Positions 39,001-50,586 of a DNA stretch of 64,000 nt are shown piece by piece (the first letter of the stretch is position 1; each line of letters starts with the position of its first letter). A program made the position numbers and the translations under genes. Source of the stretch: Macrostomum lignano. Taxonomy: Eukaryota. The notes under the pieces are model-generated. The model ran no database searches. It was not told the DNA's origin and saw nothing but the letters and a program-made list of their open reading frames with translations. The DNA lies in contig NIVC01003981.1 in the NCBI GenBank assembly GCA_002269645.1, positions 2,591 through 66,590 on the forward strand, in the 5' to 3' direction.

Positions 39001-39660
39001 TAGGGGGAGAGAAGCCACGGTCAGGGGAGGGAAGCCAGGGTCAGGGGAGGGAAGCCAGGGTCAGGGGAGGGAAGCCAGGGTCAGGGGGAGAGAAGCCATG
39101 GTCAGGGGAAGGAAGCCAGGGTCAGGGCAGGGAAGCCAGGGTCAGCGGGAGAGAAGCCAGGGGTCAGTAAGGAGAAAAGCCAGGGTCAGGGGAGGAGAGA
39201 AGCCAGGGTCAAGGGAGGGAAGCCAGGATCAGGCGGACAGAAGCCAGGGTCAAGGGGAGAGAAGCCAGGGTCAAGGGGAGAGAAGCCAGGGTTAGGGAAG
39301 GAAGCCAGGGTCAGGGGAGGAGAGAAGCCAGGTCAGGGGAGGAGAGAAGCCAGGGTCAGGGGAGGAGAGAAGCCAGGTCAGGGGAGGAGAGAAGCCAGGG
39401 TCAGGGGAGGAGAGAAGCTAGGGTCAAGGGAAGAAAAGCCAGGGTCAGGGGGGCAAAGCCAGGGTCAGGGAGGAGAGAAGCCAGGGGTCAGTAAGGAGAG
39501 AAGCCAGGGTCAGGGGGAGGGAAGCCAAGGTCAAGCCGTCAAGGGAGGGAAGCCAAGGGTTAGGAGTGAAGCCAAGGATTAGGATGGAGGGAAGCCAGGG
39601 GTCAGGGGGAGAGAAGCTAGGGTTAGAGGGAGGAAATCCAAGGTTAGGGGAGAGGGGATC
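36030..39660. repeat. ~20-bp G-rich minisatellite (AGCCAGGGTCAGGGGAGAGA / ...GGGA) in the right arm of the giant element
   Basis: Same unit and same outer variant order as the left arm, but about 1.3 kb longer. Confidence 0.96.
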
Positions 39661-41689
39661 TAAGGAAAGGAAAATAAGTCAAACATCAGGTATTTGATAT
39701 AAAATATTGTAGGCTTAGTTTTATAGTTTGTTATTTAGTCTAGGCCTATTGTTGGTATACATAAAGTAGATAGATAGAAAAAACAAAAATTTTAAGGCTC
39801 TTATCTAGTAAGTTAGCTAAATCTATTCATTAAGACCAAGTCAATAAGCTAGGCCTAGGCTTAGTGCTCAATAGGCTTTCCTACATACATAGTCCTAATA
39901 CATAGGGCTATAGCTAAACAAATAGAATTTAATTAAATTCAAGCTTTTTTATAATTGAATAAAAGCAGCTTATAAGTTACTTCTCAAAATATTAGACCTA
40001 CATATATATTTCAAATGCCTGCGTATTATTAATTAACTGACACGTGACAGGCTTTAAACTATAGAACAAAATTACTTAAGCAATCACATAATAATGCACA
40101 AGAAATTTAAGAAAAGCTCCTTTCATTTATCTTGTACACGAAGCCTTCACTTGTTTAGTCTAGTGCATAGGCCAGCACAGCAATGCACAGTAGCACAACA
40201 AATATGCCTTAAAAGCTTTTGTTGAACGTTGAACATAGGAACCATAGCTCATTCCTGTAAAGTTTGTTTTCAAATTACATGCAAGCGAATTAATATTAAC
40301 AAACGTCGATTTTTCTACTGCAAATTGTTATTAAACACCCGTTAAAAGCTTTCAATTGATACACTCCCATTTGATTGTATGGGAGCGCGCTTTGGGCCCG
40401 TCTAGCCGGAAGAAGCGAGAGCTCGAGAGCGCGCTTTCCTGCCGGTTAGCCCGATGATTTTGTAAGCTTTTGGCCCGGCTAGCCGGTTCTCGTCGGGTGT
40501 ATAAGGACTGCTAAGAACATATCTAAGAAGTCTGAATATTAAAAGCATCTCGTCCCGGACTCCCGAATCTTATCATATCGTCTTAAATTTTAATCTAGAA
40601 CAAAATCTCAATATCAGCCACCTGTAGAAAGAAAAATATAATGTTCCATCTATATTATAATGGCTCTGCTGTATCCATAGCCATTAGAAAATGGGTTCCG
40701 GTGCTGGAACTCTAGCCATTGCCAAAAAAATTAGGCATTCTTTTAAATAATATATTATTACAAAACTTGAAATTTCGTACAAGTACTTATGCATAAATAT
40801 CTCCTTCTATAAGTTCTACTCTTGAATTATTATTAAATATAAGAAAATTGACATAATACTGGCCAAAGAGGCTTCTTGCCTGAGCCAACTTATTACTTAC
40901 TACTACTTACTTACTTAGGCCTACTACTTGTTTCTTCATTCTTGAGTTGAAGAGGCACAATATGATGTTGTATTTGGATCAAACATTGTTTTGTCAAAGG
41001 TCATGAGCTTTAGTTTAAAATCACTTCACTTCCTTCACTTCAAAAAAACATATGCAATGTGATATTTTTTTTAGCTCCTTACTCTAAGTAGGCCGAGTGT
41101 TCCCCCTTTTAGAAATCTAATATGATATTGATATTATAATGATATAATGTGAAATATAATGTAAAAAGCTAGGAAGTGAAATTCAATTGAATAGATTTGT
41201 AAGCCTCTATTACTATAGTAGACAGTGAATATATATTTATAGTTATACTTTAATGATTTAAATCAAGAAGTTTAAAAATGCTAATTGTTCCTTAAGTTTT
41301 AAACTTCAGAGGAGAAGCTTATATTGCTAGATAGATCTTGCAATGCTAAGTTTAAGGATACAAGTTGTTTGCTTCAAATATAAAAAAGCATAGCATTAAA
41401 AACAGTTTTAATATGCTTAATAGAGTATAATTTTAATTTAATAAAGTCCTAATTAACTGCAATTAGATAGGGCCTAGAGATAATATTGATTGAATCAAAT
41501 TAGATTAGGCCTAAATTAAATTATATATGTTTCTTGGAGAGGATGTAAGTAAGAAATAATAGAAAATAAAAAAAGAAAGATCAAAGGATATAATATAAAA
41601 TTGATCATGGTTATATGCTATATCAGTACATGGTTAGATATTCTTTATTTATATTTTGGCTTAAATAAAGCTTAAAATAATTTACAAAA

Positions 41690-42460
41690 GTGTAGATATA
41701 AGAACACAGAAGAACACAGAGAGAAAGAGAAAAAAATAAATAGTAGAGAAAAAAGAATAGAAATAAGTATAGGCATGGGGTAGTTGCAAGAAAAGAGAAG
41801 ACAGATAAGAGAGGAAAGAAAAAAGAATAGAAAAAAGTATAGGCATGAGGTAGTTGCAAGAAAAGAGAAGACAGATAAGAGAGGAGAGAAAAAAGAATAG
41901 AAAAAACTATAGGCATGAGGTAGTTGCAAGAAAAGAGAAGACAGATAAGAGAGGAGAGAAAAAAGATAAGAGAGACATAAGGAAAGAGAAAAGATGAAAA
42001 ATGAGAGCAGAGAGGAAAAGAAAAAGAAAAGAGAAAAGAAAGAGGGATAGATAGAGAAAAGACAAAAAATGAGAGAATAGAGATGAGAAAGGAGAGAAAA
42101 GAGAGTAGAGAAAGAAGTGAGAGGAGAAAGGAGAAAGGAAAAAAATGACAAGAGAAATAAAAGTAGAGATGAGAGCAGAGAGGTAAGAGAAAAGAGAGAA
42201 CAAGTAGAGGAGAGACAATAGATAAGAGGAGAAAGAAAGTAGAGATAGAAGCAAGAGGAAAAGGGAGACAGATAACAAGAGAAATGGGAGAACAATGAGA
42301 GAGATAAGAGAGTAGAGAGGAGAGAGGAAAGTAGAAATGAGAGCACAGAGAGGAGAGATGAGAGAGCACAGAGAGGAGAGATGAGAGAGAAAAGAGAGGA
42401 GAGATAAGAGCAAAGAGGAAGATGAGAGAATAAAGAGAAAAGAGGAGATAGGAAAAAGTC
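41690..42460. repeat. Purine-rich (GA) low-complexity tract including 3 x 70-bp repeats
   Basis: Plus strand is almost all A/G; aggcatg at 41771, 41841, 41911. A second GA tract lies at ~43860-44075. Confidence 0.9.
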
Positions 42461-42995
42461 AGTCTGGACAATGGCAATCATTTTTTGCAAACAGGGAAAA
42501 CAAGATATGTTATTTAGGAGGTTTTAAAGAAGATTTAGAAGATTGGATTAGGGTCATAGGATTCAGCTAATAGATTTTAGGGAATGTAATTTTGGCAATG
42601 GGAATTCTATTCCCTTTCTCCTCCAATGGAGTTGGCATTTTTAAAAAAAACTAATTTTCTATTGGATTATCTAAGATCCATTTTCTTGACAATGCCATTT
42701 TTGTAAATAAATATTTGTATGCAATAGGGTCTAGGGAACTTTGTAGTTGTACCATGTGCATTGGTATACAAAAATGTATACTTCTATATGCAATAGTTAA
42801 ACTCTGGTATGCAGTCTGCAGGCCAAAATATTTGTATGCATAGTCTATATTTTGGAGGCTATTGTGTAGGATTATATTTATATTAGTATATTGATAAATC
42901 AATGATGTGTATTTGTCTAGTCTCCCAATTTTTTCCTACTATAATCCTAATATAGCTTTAAATATCATTTAGCCCTTTTTGCATCCATTTTTCAG

Positions 42996-43163
42996 GACTG
43001 CGTTGCTGTTCGACTTAAGCCTGGGGAGCTGCTGCGCGAGTCCCTGATGCAACTGGTGAAAGAGCAGGGCCTGAGCTCTGCTTTTGTTATCAGCTGTGTT
43101 GGTAGCCTCACCCAAGCTAGACTGCGCTATGCCACCTCATCTGATGGTTCTGGCACCAACCCA
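42996..43163 (+). CDS. PPC / DUF296-domain protein, internal exon (DCVAVRLKPGELLRESL...CVGSLTQARLRYA...TNP)
   Basis: TTTTTCAG acceptor, 168 nt (56 codons), GTAAGT donor, phase 0/0. RLxPGE and CVGSL motifs are typical of PPC domains. Start exon not identified. Confidence 0.88.
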
Positions 43164-43352
43164 GTAAGTATTCTGATTTTTCTAAAAAAACTCAAGCACT
43201 TGTGATATTATATTAGTCTCAGCAATACATAGAAATGAATTGTTGTCTAGATTTTATCTTTGTGTCATAGAATGTGATATAGAAGATCAAATTTAATTTT
43301 GACACGCTGAATTTAAACCCCAGATGCCATATTGACATTGGCATCATTTTCC

Positions 43353-43762
43353 GGGTCGCCATCATAAACCCGAAAAATCACAACTCCGAAAGCACTTCCC
43401 ATCATAAACCCAAAAAATCACAAACCCGAAAATTCACAACTCCGAAATTAATAGCAACGCCCATCATAAACCCGAAATATCATAAACCCGAAAAATCACA
43501 ACTCCGAAAACCAAAAATGGCAAAATAGCATTGCCCATCGTAAACCCGAAATATCATAACTCCGAAAGTGTTAGCAACGCCCATCATAAACCCGAAATAT
43601 CATAACTTCGAAAACCAAAATAGTGTTGGACATTGCTAGCACTTTCGGAGTTAGGATATTTCGGGTTTGTGATTTTTCGGGTTTATGATGTGCGTTGCTA
43701 TTTTGTTTTTCGGAGTTGTGATTTTTCGGGTTAATGATATTTCGGGATGTGATGCCCCCCCC
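43353..43762. mobile_element. TIR element related to 24844-25725, in the PPC gene intron
   Basis: Starts GGGTCGCCATCATAAACCCGAAAAATCAC. Inverted arrays of AAACCCGAAA/AACTCCGAAA subrepeats. ATTTTCC on both flanks (imperfect TSD). Confidence 0.72.
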
Positions 43763-44364
43763 ATATTTTCCTACCTATATGCCATTTAAATGAAGCTCCA
43801 TATTTGTCACATTTCATTTAAAGCATAAAGAGATAAATAACCTAGCTAATGGTCACTAGTCGGGGGAGAGATAGAGAAGAAGAGGGAATAGAGAAGAGAA
43901 GAGCGGAAAGTCGGAGAGAGGAGATGAGATATGGGACGAAAGAAGAGAAAAGGGAGAAGATAAAAAAAATAGATAAGGATAAGAGACGGCAGAAGAGAAG
44001 GCGAAAGCAGAGGAGAGAAGAGGGGCGAGAGGAGAGGAGAAAGAAGATAGAAGAGAGGGGAGATCAGATACGGGCCAGATTGCTATTGTGAAGTTTCGAG
44101 GCTTCGTGGGTCGGAGGTTGTCGACCTTTGGTTTAGAGTATCACTAATTTTAAAATTATTGGGATTCTTGAAATTTCATTAGTACTCTTTCAAATTTCAA
44201 ATTTGAGTAATTATTCAGTCTGGTAACTTCTGTAGGTCAGAGGGACTCAGCAGTATAAATGGTAGGGTTAAAATGTGAGGTCAATTTATTTGATTTTCTA
44301 ATTTTCAACTAACGCCAGTTGGCATCCGTTGTATTATATCCGATGGGATAATCTTTTATTGCAG

Positions 44365-44631
44365 TCCGAGGTGCTGCAACGCCACATGGAAATTGTTTCA
44401 CTGGTTGGCACCATCAGCCAGGGCGGCCAATCGTGCCATCTGCATATTTGCCTGTCAGACGAGCACGGCCGTGCGATTGGTGGCCACCTCCTTGGCGACG
44501 ATATTGTGTACACAACTGCCGAGGTTGTCCTTGGCTGTCACGCTGGTCTGGTCTTTACCAGGGAGCCGGACCCGGCGACGGCTTTTGACGAATTAGTTGT
44601 GACTGCGGCGCCGGCTTTGAAGCCTAAATGA
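44365..44631 (+). CDS. PPC / DUF296-domain protein, last exon
   Basis: TTATTGCAG acceptor; EIVSLVGT, HLHICLSDEHGRAIGGHL, YTTAEVV, REPDPATAFDEL; TGA at 44629-44631; AATAAA at 44653. Confidence 0.9.
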   Translation, partial: SEVLQRHMEIVSLVGTISQGGQSCHLHICLSDEHGRAIGGHLLGDDIVYTTAEVVLGCHAGLVFTREPDPATAFDELVVTAAPALKPK

Positions 44632-44954
44632 ATATTTTTTGGTGTAAACCAAAATAAATGACGGTTTGTTATTGTGCCAATATTTCGCTGTTTTAAAGGT
44701 CTCGTACAGTGCAATCAGGTCAGAATTAAATGTATAACTAAGCGTTATCACGACACTTCTATCTAGATTTTATACTGCGTTACTAACTTGTATGTACACA
44801 AGAAAGCAAATTCCAATATTTCAAATGCCAGAAACGATGCAACTGCAATAAAGATAATTACCTATCTAATTTATGCTTACTTACTATTTTATTAAGCAAG
44901 CCTTTTATTTTATTAAGGTGTATTTTTACTACTTTATTCTCTGCTTTAGACTAA

Positions 44955-45292
44955 AAGTGGGTTGTAGCCTAGTGGTCAGAGCGTCGGACTCACGACTTGA
45001 AGGTCGGGGGTTCGATTCCCGATCCTACTGAAACAATTTGTATCCTTGAGCAAGAAATTAAACTCTGCATTGCTTCAGTTCACCCAGCTGTAAAATGGGT
45101 GCCAGCATTAGCTGGGGTAATTGAGGGTGTGTGGCGACCCCCCCCCCCCCCAGTCCTTGGACTGAACAGCCGTACGCAGCCTTCAGATGCGCCGGGCAAT
45201 AGCTGCGGCTGAGCTGTCCGTTGCACACATCTGCTCATTAAGGCCCATTAAGACAGGTGTAATCAATTATTATTATTATTATTATTATATTA
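44955..45292 (+). mobile_element. tRNA-derived SINE with conserved central domain and (ATT)n tail
   Basis: A box TAGCCTAGTGG (44965), B box GGTTCGATTCC (45009), central CCTTGAGCAAGA..TTGCTTCAGTTCACCCAGCTGTAAAATGGGT, (ATT)n tail, 10-bp TSD TTTAGACTAA (44945-44954, 45293-45302). A second copy is at 55965-56243. Confidence 0.9.
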
Positions 45293-45946
45293 TTTAGACT
45301 AACCAATTGAAATTTCGGATACTCTGAATCTAAAGCGACTTTTGTCATTTAAAATTTTTAATCTTACATGTAGTAGATTGGCGTTAATCAATAACTACCC
45401 CTGCCCGTAGGTCTACTTAATTTCAGCTAATTAAATGTTAAATCTACATAAAATTTGAACAAGGATTGTTCGAGTGACAGAATTACTACGTTTAATTTTT
45501 GGAAATGTTTAGAAAGGCAGGTTTTACCGAAAAAATACGTCTATCTATGCATGCTCAGCTATATATAAGTTATAACTTTATAATCTGCAATCTATAATTA
45601 ATAGCCTTCATTAAACCAGAGAATAAAAGGCTTCAATTTTTAGGCTAAGTACTCTCCTACATGTATAGGCCATATTTATGAAAAAGCTTAATTTTTTTAG
45701 TAAGTCTAGTCAATTTAATTAACTTCGAATCCTTATCTTTTGAGCAAAAAAACTCTATGAACATCAATTAGAGCTAGCTATAAGAAAGGCAAGTCATATA
45801 TCAGAAGATGTACGCTAGGATCTGTCTCCTGTGAAAAGCAACGACAAATTTTGAAACGTAGTTTTCCATCCTGCTTCAGTAGTCCCCGAGTTGAAGCTTT
45901 CTATTTTAAGCTTTTTACGTTCGCTTTCGAAGATTAATATTGGAGC

Positions 45947-46639
45947 CAAGGACGACTTAAGTAGGACGGGAAACCTCGTTTCTTAGAAAAGTTTTGAAGG
46001 CACTTTTTCCCGAAAAAATACACTACGGGGATAGGAAGTTTTCATTTTTCAGCACAAAAATTGTTATTGCGTTTGATAGGAGGCAGATCCAGTGTTCATC
46101 TCTTGATATGTTGTGCTTTTTTTATTTCTCTATCGATATTTATAAAGCTTTTCGTTTAGAAAACTAGGATTCTATGTTAATTTTTGATTCTACGTATATT
46201 TCCTGTATCTAAAAATCACAAAAATGCATGACACAGCTCCAATATTTGGTTTTATGAACCTATTTTATCATCTCTGTTACAAATATTTGTTACACAGTCG
46301 GGTAAGAATGACAAAATAGACTCATAAAACCAAAGAGCCGAGCCGTGGCATTCTAATGTATTTCAAGCACAAGACACGCGAAAATATACGTAGAATAAAA
46401 AATTAACATAGAATCCTAGTTTTCTAAACGAAAAGCTTTATAAATATCGATAGAGCAATAAAAAAGGCACAACATATCAAAATATGAACACTGGATCTGC
46501 CTCCTATCAAACGCAATAACAATTTTTGTGCTGAAAAATGAAAACTTCCTATCTCCGTAGTGTATTTTTTCGGGAAAAAGTGCCTTCAAAACTTTTCTAA
46601 GAAACGAGGTTTCCCGTCCTTCTACTTAAGTCGTCCTTG
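45947..46639. mobile_element. Foldback-type non-autonomous DNA transposon, ~250-bp TIRs, 8-bp TSD
   Basis: Ends CAAGGACGACTTAAGTAG / CTACTTAAGTCGTCCTTG; perfect TSD ATTGGAGC (45939-45946, 46640-46647). CAAGG plus an 8-bp TSD fits hAT or P superfamilies. Confidence 0.9.
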
Positions 46640-47290
46640 ATTGGAGCAATGTCTGCAGTTTCGCGAATAACCGCTCGACACGCGCCTAAGCTAGTAGGCC
46701 GGCGGTGCAGAGTGCAGCGAGAAAAAGACGACCATCGACCTCCCACTCCCCTAGCCTCTGGCGTTCACTGACTTAAAGTTATCTGTTACTACTGTAAATT
46801 TTGCTGAAGGACAGCCTTTTCGCTACGGGGTACGTGTTTGCGTAGTACCTCATGTATATTTCACGGCTTAAAGTATATAACAAACTTATTTAGTAAAACA
46901 CATCTTAGATTTAAAAAATAAAAACTAATGTATAACAGTTGCTATATTTATTTTCGAAACGAAAATTAAACTGAAGCATTTATTCAACAAATCATATTTA
47001 TGATTGCGATGAAATAAAATTTCGTCATTTTCTTGACCTGGCCTGCCTCTTCTAGATCATCAAATAAATACGTTAAGATTACATACATAGATAAAGTATC
47101 TTGTTAATAAACTTCAATCCAATCGACCGACCTATTGTAATATAACGATTTATTAATTAATTTGAGCAAATTAGTGATATCTAATAAGTTTTAGTTCAAA
47201 TAAGTCAAGTAAAGTATCACTTTTTGGATAAAAAAGCAAGCTTGATTTTTTTGATTTCGTGTGACAGACAGACAGGCTTTGGAATTAACT

Positions 47291-47317
47291 ATGGACATGG
47301 AGGAATCATCTGAACCA
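47291..47317 (+). CDS. EIF2S2: eIF2-beta copy B, exon 1 (MDMEESSEP)
   Basis: ATGGACATGGAGGAATCATCTGAACCA followed by GTAAGT; phase 0; in frame with exon 2 at 50587. Intron is about 3.3 kb. Confidence 0.85.
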
Positions 47318-48471
47318 GTAAGTGTATACTAGCAGCCTACCAATTCATTTATTAAGGTATAAGCAGTGGTGTTGGAGCCAGTAGTGGATCCAGAAAATTT
47401 TGAATTGGGGGCACAGACTACTAACTTTAAGCCAGGTACATATATATGCATATCATGTACAAGTATTATATACATGATAATGTGTATTTTACATATAAAA
47501 AACTCGATGGGGGAGGCGCACCTTGTGCACCCCCTCTAAATCTGCTATTGGTTAGAGCATATTTCAAATTGGGAGGGGCCATTGTTGTATTGATGTGAGG
47601 GCACATTGCATGGCTCTGGCTGAAGTCATCATATTTGAGATTGTCATATTTGGTTACAAGAAAAACAACTAAATTATATAATCATGATTGTCTTAGCATT
47701 AGGCAATACTGCATTCACTAAATCATTATATTATATTTCATTGGCTACGCAAGGATATGGGCTCTCATAGTAGCAATATGTTCTTATTTGCCAACAAAAT
47801 GATTTTCAACTGTAATTGTAAATTACATTCATACCATTCGCTTAAAAGATAGGCCTATAAAAGCGTTGTACTAATTCCTATATTAAAGTTAATAGTCTAA
47901 CTGAATATTTAAGTTTTAATTAAGAATGATAGAAAGATTGCCTTGAAATGGTTTGATAGGCTAGGGCCTAACTCTATAATTAGAAGCAGATGTATTTTTT
48001 AAACTTGAGTTATAAACTTGAGTTATATTATTTTTTAGCTATTATAAAAATTTGCTTCAACTTATTCTAGGGTCCTATATTTTTTGTTTCATTTGGTTTC
48101 ATTTTCAAGAAACTTAATGAATTCGTGATATTCAAATGTTAACATCTTATGGATTGCCCCAACCAAGTTTTCATCTTTATATGATAATTTAGAATATAAC
48201 AATTTTGACCATACCCCATTGTACATGTCAATGTGCTCAAGCAAGTTAATGTGCCTTTAGATTAGCCTAAAAATGTATATCTTTAATTTACAAAATGGCA
48301 TTCTTTCATTTTATGATCACTTAGCACTGTCCCTATGGGAGTTGGGACTTTTGTTATACAATCCCCCCACAGAGGACAGAAAATTGCTCTTAAAATCAAA
48401 CTTCAAAATGGGACCACTTCTGTGTCATTTTAATATAAAATATTGTGTCTTATAGAAGTTAGAAGCCTATC

Positions 48472-49126
48472 CTTATATTTACTTTTGTTATGCGATCATT
48501 TAAATGGTGAATTTATATGCAGATGATTGCAAGACGAAACCAAAAGAGCTTGTAGATTTCGACTTACAATCACACCAATAGTAAAATTGTATTGGAAAGA
48601 TCGTATGACAAAATGGTAGGAAATTGTCACTATAATAGACGTTTCAACCAAACAATCAATTGCAGCCTCTAATATGTCTACAAACTGAAAGCCACCTGGC
48701 TCTTTTTACATGGCTCTTTTTGTATGCCTTTTTGGGCACCGCTGCCGCCCTATGCCCCCCTTCATTTTCGTCATACATTCACCCCTCAGTATAACACATA
48801 GGTCCAATGAACTGGGGGGATTTTATGACAAAAGTGAGGGGGTGGCGCTTATGAATCTTATAATGAATACAATTTTATTCTTGAACCCTGTAGATCAATG
48901 ATGGAGATCAATGTAGCAGTTCATATCTTAAGTTGCCGTGAACTAGTGCAACTTCACCAGGGATGTAATGTGTAATCCATTTACTTTCGTCATACAATCC
49001 CTTTAATATAATTCTATCAATGCGGTGATCGTAATTCAAAACCTACAAGCTCTTTCAGTTTTGTCTTGTGATCATCTACATATAAGTTCACCATTTAAAT
49101 GATCATATGACGAAAGTGAATATAAG
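48472..49126. mobile_element. Old inverted-repeat element (~145-bp arms, roughly 80% identical by eye) in intron 1 of copy B
   Basis: GATCATTTAAATGGTGAA..AAAGAGCTTGTAG at ~48495 is mirrored at ~49050-49105, with a shorter inner inverted pair at ~48755/48825. TSD unclear. Confidence 0.6.
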
Positions 49127-50586
49127 CTATGTGCTTTCATAACTAATGCTATGCCCACAATCCTCAAGTTGATTGAAAAGTGAGTTGCAGTGATGAATTA
49201 GGTTGACTGGAAAGTGAGTTGCAATGATTTTGTTCTTGGAAAATAAATGTGAAACATACTTTTTGATAAACTAAAGTGTCTTTTTTGACTCTTTTTAATG
49301 GGGATCGTAAGACAAAACTTGACCTTATCAGGGATTGTAAAACAAAAGAATGCCTACAAAATTAATGATTTTTCAATTACAAAAGCCAATTTTTACTAAA
49401 AATTACTTTTAATTTTGATATTAAAATTATTGTCTCTAGTATTTGGTTTAATGATAAATACTAAATAACAGCAATATATTCAATGAAAATATTGATACAT
49501 TTTAAAACAATAGACAATCAATTACTAATTAGTAAAACTGATGAATAGACAGTCCTATATATATATATATAAAAGCTGCAGTAATGAAGGCATAGTAGGC
49601 ATATCTATCTTCTTTGACTAACCACTCACTAAGTCTACCCATTTGTCTAATAGTCTAACTTTGTACCAAAGACATCTTTTAAGCCATGTCATTTTATGCT
49701 TATTTACAAAAATAATTTTGAAGTTTGCATTTTTAGATATAGGCAAAATGACATTAGTATCAAAAAGCATTGAACTGGCATTTAAATTAGCTAATAAGTG
49801 AACCAATTATTGAATCAATATTTACTATATTTATACTGCTTCTTGCTAGAATGTTGCATGCTTGTTTTTGGGCCATAGACAAAATTCATAGAAAAAGCTA
49901 TAGATAGAAGCCATAGACTCTAAGTATTTTTTACTCTTCAAATTTACACATAGCATGAACAAATCCAATCTAGTTTAGTTCATCTTCTAGAATATTATGA
50001 TATTATTATTAGCTTACCCTTCAACCATTTATTTGGTTCTATTGCTAGTTGCAATATAATCATATTGCAAAGCTATTGTTAAGTGCTCACATTACAAATA
50101 GCATGTCTTACATTAGAAAGATAGCAAAAACACATGCATTTTGAGCCTCACTGCTAGTTGTCTATAGTAAAGAGTATGTCAAACCCGCAGGCAATTAATT
50201 CCTTGGAGAAATCATTTAAGCACTATCTTGCTTGGCCTTTTCATTTATTTCATGCATGCCTCCAACCAAACCAACCAGGAAGCTCCATATGAAAAAGTTA
50301 CAATATAGAACAAGGTTCAGCAAGAAAAAGTTCACTTAACAAAACCTGCATATAAAGAAGCACATGACAAAAAGTTTTTTGTATGTTTAGACTTCATTAA
50401 GTTACATAATCACCTCCCCAGCGATACAGCCTGTGCGAATTCTTGCCTGTGTGCTAAGTTGGCAATGCTTCTATTGTTATCGCCTCTGTCAATAGTGTCG
50501 ATTATCAATCTATGCTTTTCGTCGCTAATCTTCGTTCGTTGCTCTTTGTTTGCAATGCCTTTCACTCCCCTGTTTGACTCGCGCAG

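Larger units (their letters stand above)
26844..40723. mobile_element. Giant (13,880 bp) foldback-like transposon with multi-kb inverted arms, probably Merlin-related
   Basis: Termini GGTAATGGCTAGAGTTCCGGCACCGGAACCCATTTTCTAA and its reverse complement (2 mismatches in 40). AAAAAAATT flanks both ends exactly (26835-26843, 40724-40732). Arms 26844-30360 and 35880-40723 are near-identical in unique parts. The spacer holds an ISXO2/Merlin transposase remnant. Confidence 0.85.

Noticed and set aside
41623-42490. 270-284-aa Leu/Phe/Ser-rich membrane-like ORFs
   Set aside because: Reverse translation of a GA low-complexity tract.
44957-45030. Functional tRNA gene
   Set aside because: A/B boxes are present but the acceptor stem does not pair; it continues into a SINE body with tail and TSD.
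47380-47552. Possible hAT-like MITE (CAGTAGTGGATCCAG ... CTAAATCTGCTATTG)
   Set aside because: Termini too degenerate and no TSD found.
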